DNA from: a virus | Length of the DNA: 64,000 nucleotides | IMG/VR virus record: IMGVR_UViG_3300005913_000002 | Reading direction: 5' to 3' (one strand) | Shown here: positions 60,987-64,000 of the stretch, one piece after another | Layout: the number at the start of each line of letters is the position of its first letter | How positions within the stretch are numbered: position 1 is the first letter of the stretch | The notes under the pieces: generated by a model | What the model was told of the DNA's origin: nothing | What the model saw: the letters and a program-made list of their open reading frames with translations, nothing else | The model's database searches: none | Program-made: the position numbers and the translations under genes

Positions 60987-61979
60987 ATGAACCTCATACA
61001 ATCAACTGTACAAACTTTCTTACCTGGTAAAAGAAAGGCTACTCCTAGCGGTTGGACAAGTTTTAATGCAGTCTGCTGTCACAATAGAGGCGAAAAAACA
61101 GACACTAGAAAACGTGGCGGGGTTCTTTTTAACGAAGAAGGATTTCAATATCACTGCTTCAATTGTAATTTTAAAGCAGGATGGAGCCCGGGCAGACTAC
61201 TAAGTAAGAATACAAAAGACCTGTTTCGTTGGATGGGTATGGCCAATGACGAAATAACCAAATTAAATCTAGAGGCATTGCGATCTAAAGAAGACGCAGA
61301 GGTAGTAAAAACCCCAGTTATAAATTTTAACCTAGAGCCAAGATTGCTTCCTAAAGATAGCAAGCCGATAATTGAATGGTTAGAAGAAGATCCTAATTCG
61401 GATGTTATTGCCTGTGCTGATTATATAGTTAATCGAGGTATGGAATTAGATTGGTACAACTGGCATTGGAGTCCAGAAAATGGTTATAGAGATCGATTAC
61501 TTTTGCCCTTCTACTGCAATCAAGAGACAGTAGGATGGACTGGAAGAAAGATAACTGAAGGTAAACCAAAATACCTAACTGATGCACAGGCCGGATATGT
61601 ATTCAACGTAGATCCGCAACAAGATGATAGAGAATATGTATTAGTAGTAGAAGGACAGTTTGATGCCATTGCAGTAGACGGAGTGGCAATTATGCATAAC
61701 GAACCTAATGCAACACAAATAGCAAGAATAAAAATGTTGGGTAAAACAGTTATTGTAGTACCGGACAGAGATAAACCCGGGGCAAAAATAATAACAGCGG
61801 CATTAGAAAATGAATGGGCGGTTAGTATTCCGCCGTGGGAATCAGATATAAAAGATTGTGCCGATGCAGTTAAGAAATATGGTAGGCTATATACACTACT
61901 TACAATTATTAACTACAAAGAAACGAACAAGATAAAAATACAACTACTAAAGAAAAAACTAGAAAACTTAGATGAATAA
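60987..61979 (+). CDS. DNA primase (gp61/DnaG-like)
   Basis: N-terminal Zn motif (CC...YHCFNC), GWTGR, PKYL, TOPRIM VEGQFDA and PDRD..G, KD..DA. Confidence 0.88.
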   Translation: MNLIQSTVQTFLPGKRKATPSGWTSFNAVCCHNRGEKTDTRKRGGVLFNEEGFQYHCFNCNFKAGWSPGRLLSKNTKDLFRWMGMANDEITKLNLEALRSKEDAEVVKTPVINFNLEPRLLPKDSKPIIEWLEEDPNSDVIACADYIVNRGMELDWYNWHWSPENGYRDRLLLPFYCNQETVGWTGRKITEGKPKYLTDAQAGYVFNVDPQQDDREYVLVVEGQFDAIAVDGVAIMHNEPNATQIARIKMLGKTVIVVPDRDKPGAKIITAALENEWAVSIPPWESDIKDCADAVKKYGRLYTLLTIINYKETNKIKIQLLKKKLENLDE

Positions 61980-63420
61980 ACCAAACTATAATGCAGAGAT
62001 GCAAAAACTGTATCTCGAAATGTTTTTAGGAGATGCAGAAACTTTTGTACGCTGTCAAAACATTTTCGATCCGGAAAACTTTGACAAGCGTTATCAAGAT
62101 GCGGCAACCTTTATTACCAAATATGTTGACGATTACAAGGTAATGCCAGAAGTTACCATTGTTAATGCATCTACTAGTAATTCGTTCGAATCTGTTGCGC
62201 TTGCAAAGGAAAACTATGAATGGTTGCTAAATGAATTTGAAACTTTTAGCAGGCATAAAGGCCTTGAGAGAGCGATTCTTAAATCAGCAGATATGTTGGA
62301 AAAAGGTGAGTACAATCCGGTTGAGAAACTGATTAAAGACGCTATTCAAATTAGTTTGAGCAGAGATATGGGAACTGATTACTGGGATGATCCTCGTGCT
62401 CGATTGTTGCGAATGAAAGACAATAATGGACAGATTTCAACTGGCTGGCCAAGCATTGATAGAAAGTTATACGGTGGTTTTAAAAGAGGCGAACTTAATA
62501 TTTTTGCTGCCGGGTCAGGTGGCGGCAAGTCATTGTTCTTAGCAAACTTAGGTGTAAACTTTTCACTTGCCGGTTTAAATGTTGTCTACTTTACATTCGA
62601 ACTTTCGGAAGAGTTAGTAAGTATGCGGATTGACTCGATGATTACCGATATTGCAGCCAAAGAAATTTTCCGCAACATTGATGATGTAGAAATGAAGGTT
62701 AAGATGACAGGTCGACGTGCCGGTGGAATGCAGATAAAGTACATGCCTTCAGGTAAGAATTGTAACGATTTGCGGTCATATTTAAAAGAATTTCAGGTTA
62801 AAACAGGAAAAAAACCTGACATTATTTTAGTAGACTACTTAGACCTTATGATGCCGCTATCTGTTAAAGTCAGTCCAAGTGATCTGTTTGTTAAAGACAA
62901 ATATGTATCAGAAGAACTTCGTAACTTTGCTATGGAAACGCAGTCAGTAGTAGTCACTGCGGCACAGTTAAATCGTTCAGCAGTTGAGGAAGTTGAATTT
63001 GATCACAGTCACATCAGCGGGGGCCTGAGTAAGATTCAAACAGCAGACAACGTTATTGGTATCTTTACAAGCCGAGCAATGCGTGAGCGAGGCCGCTATC
63101 AAATTCAGTTTATGAAAACTCGGTCATCAAGCGGTGTTGGTCAAAAAGTTGATTTGGAATTTAACATTGATACATTACGCATTAATGACCTAGGTGAAGA
63201 AGCAGAAGAGCAAAGTTTTGCAAGTCAGCGTAGTGCAGCAAGTAGTGCGCTAATTGACGGGTTAAAGAAAACAAGTTTAGTAACTAGTACTAACGTAGAT
63301 CCCGAAACAGGCGAAATAGATCCTACAAAAGGAATGCCAGTTTCTAAGATTGCAAAATCGAGCATGCCTACAAGAAATGCTAGAGATATGTTAAATGCGT
63401 TTAGTCCCGAAAAAGACTAA
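61972..63420 (+). CDS. Replicative DnaB-like helicase (T4 gp41-like)
   Basis: ISTGW..ID..L.GG, GSGGGKS, ELSE, VDYLDL, AAQLNR, TAD, KTR. Confidence 0.92.
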   Translation: MNKPNYNAEMQKLYLEMFLGDAETFVRCQNIFDPENFDKRYQDAATFITKYVDDYKVMPEVTIVNASTSNSFESVALAKENYEWLLNEFETFSRHKGLERAILKSADMLEKGEYNPVEKLIKDAIQISLSRDMGTDYWDDPRARLLRMKDNNGQISTGWPSIDRKLYGGFKRGELNIFAAGSGGGKSLFLANLGVNFSLAGLNVVYFTFELSEELVSMRIDSMITDIAAKEIFRNIDDVEMKVKMTGRRAGGMQIKYMPSGKNCNDLRSYLKEFQVKTGKKPDIILVDYLDLMMPLSVKVSPSDLFVKDKYVSEELRNFAMETQSVVVTAAQLNRSAVEEVEFDHSHISGGLSKIQTADNVIGIFTSRAMRERGRYQIQFMKTRSSSGVGQKVDLEFNIDTLRINDLGEEAEEQSFASQRSAASSALIDGLKKTSLVTSTNVDPETGEIDPTKGMPVSKIAKSSMPTRNARDMLNAFSPEKD

Positions 63421-63977
63421 AACCAATTAGATATATTATTTTTGGTAATATAATCAATTCCGTGTATCCATTGATCTTCTTCGTTTAAATGAAACACTGC
63501 CTCTATTGTAGCAGGAGCATCTACCCAACTATTGGCAGGACTCCATGGCTCTTGACCAAAATATTCTCCGTCAAGTTGTTTAGGTGCCCATTGGCATATA
63601 CCCAAGCATGTTCTAAATAATGCAGGCCCTTCGTTACCTGCAATTGCGGCCAGTATAGATATGTCAGTAGTAACACCTATATCTTTGGTAATTTGCATTG
63701 TAGTAGGTGCAGTCCAATCTAAGGTATGTACAATATATACTCTATTAGTGTCTACCGGACCTCCTATATAGACCTTATCTTCTTTTTTAGAAAGTATTCC
63801 AGTTTGCCGCATTATATGATCTAATGTAATTTTTTCGGTAGGTTTATTGACTACGAGACCCCACGATCCTGTCGGACTGTGTTTTCCTACTATGATAACA
63901 GATTTGGAAAAATAAGTATCTGCGTTATTTGGGCGAGATGCAATAATTTGTCCGGTTAGGTCTTTCTTTTCAATCAT
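63417..63977 (-). CDS. YqgE/AlgH family protein (DUF179)
   Basis: D.YF.KSVI....H...GSWGLVVNKP, YIGGPV, LG...W...QLDGE.....W signature. Confidence 0.85.
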   Translation of the reverse strand: MIEKKDLTGQIIASRPNNADTYFSKSVIIVGKHSPTGSWGLVVNKPTEKITLDHIMRQTGILSKKEDKVYIGGPVDTNRVYIVHTLDWTAPTTMQITKDIGVTTDISILAAIAGNEGPALFRTCLGICQWAPKQLDGEYFGQEPWSPANSWVDAPATIEAVFHLNEEDQWIHGIDYITKNNISNWF

Positions 63978-64000
63978 TGAAATATTTACCGGAAATAAAT

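Noticed and set aside
1-64000. Stop-codon reassignment as in some large phages
   Set aside because: Genes are intact and densely packed under the standard code; TAA, TGA and TAG all appear as stops.
1-64000. tRNA, rRNA, introns or inteins in terminase, helicases and UvsX
   Set aside because: No intergenic space or cloverleaf seen, and these proteins have normal lengths with contiguous motifs.

Overview
64 kb from a large, AT-rich T4-like (myovirus-type) bacteriophage genome, almost entirely coding and mostly on the + strand. 1-34.6 kb is a virion-appendage block. It holds two paralogous giant proteins built from about 155-165-aa helical repeats with an invariant C-x-R-D motif, three Gly/Thr-rich fibre-like proteins, a collagen-containing tail fibre with an S74 chaperone, small fibre-associated genes and a 2OG-Fe(II) oxygenase. 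34.6-51.4 kb is the neck/tail/packaging block: gp15-, gp14- and gp13-like genes, dNMP kinase, sheath, tube, gp4, terminase and likely internal head proteins. 51.5-64 kb is the recombination/replication block: gp32, UvsX, UvsY, UvsW, gp62-like, a 195-aa miniature DnaE core, primase, helicase and a host-like YqgE/AlgH gene. Most notable: (1) the giant repeats resemble phycobiliprotein globin domains and keep the bilin-site Cys/Arg/Asp, in an ordered A/B pattern; (2) a minimal, probably split C-family polymerase; (3) a palindrome-centred nucleotide repeat punctuating tail-fibre modules; (4) a strict TAAATA-N5-ATG architecture implying leaderless late mRNAs. All assignments are by eye from motifs; no searches were run.
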